NCBI RefSeq assembly: GCF_003231495.1
Contig: NZ_PQWO01000032.1
Coordinates: 1-32,000 of the forward strand
DNA: 32,000 bases
Direction: 5' to 3'
From: Acaryochloris thomasi RCC1774
GTDB lineage: Bacteria; Cyanobacteriota; Cyanobacteriia; Thermosynechococcales; Thermosynechococcaceae
Part shown: positions 29,470-32,000 of the stretch, piece after piece
Layout: each line of letters opens with the position of its first letter
Position numbering within the stretch: position 1 is the first letter of the stretch
Translations under genes and position numbers: made by a program
Notes under the pieces: model-generated
Database searches by the model: none
What the model saw: only the letters and a program-made list of their open reading frames with translations
What the model was told of the DNA's origin: nothing

Positions 29470-30298
29470 TGGCTGACCTCCGAAATCCGGGTATCGATAC
29501 TTGAGCCTTGTCCTGATACTTGCAGATGGCCTCGGGCATCCAGTCTGCCCAGCCTTGCGCCATTCCATCATACCCGTGACGCCCCTTGTAGAGCTGCTGT
29601 AGCTCCTGCGCCCACTGCCCATAGTTTGAGCGACCGATTTCACCTTCAGAGGTCTGCACGTAATCTACCAGCACTTGAGCGTTAAGTCCTATCTCCCGGC
29701 CACCGGCCACGCACTGAACAAAGTACTCATAATCGCAGAATACCCGGTAGTCAGGGTTCCAGTGGGGTGCCCCCTGGCGTCGGTGGGTGAACCCGTTGCT
29801 ATCGAACAGCGATCGCTGAGCAATCAGGTCCGCGATTGTGTCATCTGCCTGGGGTGAGATAAAAGGCTTTCCTGTTTTGACCACTTGCCCTTCGCTGATC
29901 ACGTCTCGCCGTCGCCACTGCTGCGGCAAACAGCCGAAGTGCTTAGGGTGTTGCTCAAACCATTGGAGCGTATTGGCGACAAACTCAGGTCTTAGCTCGT
30001 TGTCATCATCGAGGTAGCAGACGAGATCGCCCTGAGCGTTATCAATACCGAGGTTACGAGCAATGCATAGGCCGAAGCCATCTTGAGGGTGATCGATTTC
30101 GATGTAGTGGGTGTGGAAGGGAAATCTTGAGTTTTGCAGTAGGTCTCGGGTGGTGAGGTCTTTGCCGTCATTGATGACGACCCACTCAAAATCGAGACAG
30201 GTCTGATGGAGCAGGCTGGGGAGTGCGATCGCTCGAAGCAGATCGGGGCGGTGGTGGGTAGCAGTGATGATGGATAGAGTGAATGGCTGTTCTCCTGT
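29462..30298 (-). CDS. GT2-family glycosyltransferase reading frame with no canonical start codon (possible pseudogene or non-canonical initiation)
   Basis: The frame is open for 279 codons from the TAA at 30299-30301. It reads ..FTLSIITATHHRPDLL..FEWVVINDGKD..LVCYLDDDNE.. (GT-A fold, DxD). The first ATG/GTG/TTG is TTG 29929, downstream of the DxD. Confidence 0.55.
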   Translation of the reverse strand, partial: TGEQPFTLSIITATHHRPDLLRAIALPSLLHQTCLDFEWVVINDGKDLTTRDLLQNSRFPFHTHYIEIDHPQDGFGLCIARNLGIDNAQGDLVCYLDDDNELRPEFVANTLQWFEQHPKHFGCLPQQWRRRDVISEGQVVKTGKPFISPQADDTIADLIAQRSLFDSNGFTHRRQGAPHWNPDYRVFCDYEYFVQCVAGGREIGLNAQVLVDYVQTSEGEIGRSNYGQWAQELQQLYKGRHGYDGMAQGWADWMPEAICKYQDKAQVSIPGFRRSANG

Positions 30299-30631
30299 TT
30301 AGATGTAGAAACTTTCCAGTCTCTTCAGCATAAGCATTCATGCATTGTCAGGCTCTATAAATTGACCCGTCCGTTTTGTTCGTGAATCTGTATGACAAAT
30401 GTAGATGTCAATATTGGTGAACCAAATGAAACAAGATCAAGACCATAGCCAGAGCAAGTCTAAAGTTCAGCAGATAACCGACTTTATCGTAATCGCGATG
30501 CTTGTCTTTCCAATTGCAGGCTGGTTGGGTAACTTGCTTCAGCCAGCGCCACCCGATAATCAAGTTCCGGCTGCATGGAGTGACGAGCGCTAGCAATAAT
30601 CAAGTCTGAAGCCTGTCCTACTGTGGTTGTG

Positions 30632-30805
30632 TCAAGCTTCAGGTTTTCCCCTCTCCTGTGCCCTCTCCTGCGCTGCCACAGCCCTCGCCTCAGCATTCCT
30701 CTGGTTCCACTGCTGTCGGGTTTCGTCGGGGTTGGTGGACTTGGGTGGTGCAAATGTTCGGTGGCTGTAGTTGCCTCTGCCTTCTTTAGCTTTCATGGTG
30801 TTCAT
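30632..30805 (-). CDS. Small basic Gln/Arg-rich ORF overlapping the kinase stop
   Basis: MNTMKAKEGRGNYSHRTF.. The start overlaps the kinase 3' end by ~20 nt. Supported only by position. Confidence 0.3.
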   Translation of the reverse strand: MNTMKAKEGRGNYSHRTFAPPKSTNPDETRQQWNQRNAEARAVAAQERAQERGKPEA

Positions 30806-31898
30806 TCGTAGGTTGTCTTGATGTGAAGGCTCTAACGGCACTGATTAAAAACAGTCCAATGAAGAGCCATTGAGAGGTATTCATTGCGGTTGAAGTGATC
30901 TTTGAGAACCCAGGAATATCAAAGACATCTGATGTATTCAAAACTATTGGGCGCATGATGATTACTGTCCCTACACCGCAAGCCGCTGCTGCAGGGGTAG
31001 CAAATCTTGCGAGAGTGGTTTGCTCATCTTGTCTTGCGAGGGCGCTGATTTCCTCGTCCCGCGCTAATTGACTCTCCTCTTTCTTTGTGATGTCTGCAGG
31101 ATCAGCCTCCTTAAGCGCTTGGAGTGCAGCATCTGCCGACTGAAAACGTCGTCCTAGAACATCATCGATCATCTTATCGAGGACATCTGCGAACTCTTCG
31201 CGGACTGGTTTCCCGGCCAGCTCAAGCCGCCACTGCAGAGCGCCGGTCATTGGGTCTGCTGCAATGCTCATTGGGCTGGTGCCAGTAAGCAGATGAATGC
31301 AAGTCATTCCCAGGCTATAGATATCACTAGCAAAGGTTGTTTTACCTCGCATCTGCTCAGTTGAGGCATAGCCCACTGAACCGATCATGGTGCCGGTTTT
31401 AGCTAGCACCGTCTCTGAAACTCGCTTTGCAGCTCCGAAGTCCACCAATACCAGCGCACCGTCGCTCTGTCGTCGAATGATGTTGGCGGGCTTGATATCG
31501 CGGTGAATGACCCCGCTGCCGTGCAAGTAGCGCAGTAGCGGCAAGATGCCCTTTAGTAGGCTGTCGATCTCCTCTTCAGTAAAAGTTTGACCTTTCTGGA
31601 GGCTTTGCTGCAGGCTTTCTCCAGCGATGTACTCTTGAACGATAAATAACCTGCTACCTTCCTCGAAGAAGTCGTAAAACTCGGGAATCTGGGGATGTGT
31701 GCCCACTTCTTTGAGTCGTTCGGCTTCTTGACGGAATAGCTGGGTGGCCTGCTCTGAAGCATTTTCCTGAGACGGCGCGAATTCTTTGATAACACAGCGC
31801 TTTCGGTTGCTGGACTCGGCCAGATACGTTTTTCCGAACCCGCCTTTGCCTAGCTCTCTGATGATTCGATAGTTGTTGAGCAAAATTGTTGAGTTCAT
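30786..31898 (-). CDS. Hanks-type Ser/Thr protein kinase with a C-terminal membrane anchor (alternative start 31979)
   Basis: G-loop LGKGGFGKTY, VIKEF, catalytic loop HRDIKPANI, DFGAAK. The C-terminal hydrophobic segment is WLFIGLFLISAV. Confidence 0.85.
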   Translation of the reverse strand: MNSTILLNNYRIIRELGKGGFGKTYLAESSNRKRCVIKEFAPSQENASEQATQLFRQEAERLKEVGTHPQIPEFYDFFEEGSRLFIVQEYIAGESLQQSLQKGQTFTEEEIDSLLKGILPLLRYLHGSGVIHRDIKPANIIRRQSDGALVLVDFGAAKRVSETVLAKTGTMIGSVGYASTEQMRGKTTFASDIYSLGMTCIHLLTGTSPMSIAADPMTGALQWRLELAGKPVREEFADVLDKMIDDVLGRRFQSADAALQALKEADPADITKKEESQLARDEEISALARQDEQTTLARFATPAAAACGVGTVIIMRPIVLNTSDVFDIPGFSKITSTAMNTSQWLFIGLFLISAVRAFTSRQPTNEHHES

Positions 31899-32000
31899 GC
31901 TTTTTTTACTCGCTCTTTTGGGCTTGATGCTTCTTGACTTTTCCGGCCAGTGTCTTGAGTTGAGAGCGCAGCTCCTCAATACTTTGACACAGCCTTCGCT

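Noticed and set aside
1-32000. Search for CRISPR arrays, rRNA or standard tRNA genes, DGR template/variable repeat pairs, and retron or group II intron signatures
   Set aside because: I found no regularly spaced direct repeats with unique spacers. No reverse-transcriptase ORF is present. No rRNA-like or canonical tRNA sequence was recognised by eye. The internal duplication in 25655..27808 is an old protein-level repeat, not a near-identical DNA pair.

Overview
This window looks like part of a cyanobacterial conjugative plasmid or ICE. The HIP1 palindrome GCGATCGC occurs at least 16 times, against about 0.5 expected by chance.

Recognisable backbone:
- a VirD4/TraG-type coupling protein (1256-2923)
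- a 1327-aa TrwC/TraI-type (MOBF-like) relaxase fused to a C-terminal Toprim/DUF3854-like domain (13778-17761, minus strand)
- a candidate R388-like oriT hairpin plus nic site just upstream of the relaxase (17901-17923)
- an ArdC-type antirestriction gene with two small acidic ORFs in the predicted leading region (20933-22398, minus), driven by a near-consensus promoter placed back to back with an XRE-regulator gene
- an IS630-family insertion (4195-5482)
- three pentapeptide-repeat proteins
- a classic-clade AAA ATPase
- a secreted protein with an internal domain duplication
- a GT2 / unknown / FolD-like operon
- a membrane-anchored Ser/Thr kinase

Most other ORFs are hypothetical.

Signals not explained by ordinary annotation:
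1. An approximately 250-nt structured 5' leader occurs three times. It contains a tRNA-like cloverleaf, hairpins with compensatory changes, and loop sequences complementary to the downstream Shine-Dalgarno.
2. A conserved box (CGACAGCTTTTT..CTTGCAATAGATAGA) sits upstream of nine transcription units, including the relaxase.
3. A portable C-terminal module ending in an acidic-aromatic tail is shared by the relaxase and three unrelated proteins.
4. A 194-codon coiled-coil ORF with its own SD is nested out of frame in the relaxase linker.
5. Several genes are frame-interrupted or lack a start codon.

All calls come from reading the sequence and ORF track. No database search was run. Family names are motif-based, and the functions of the novel elements are inference.
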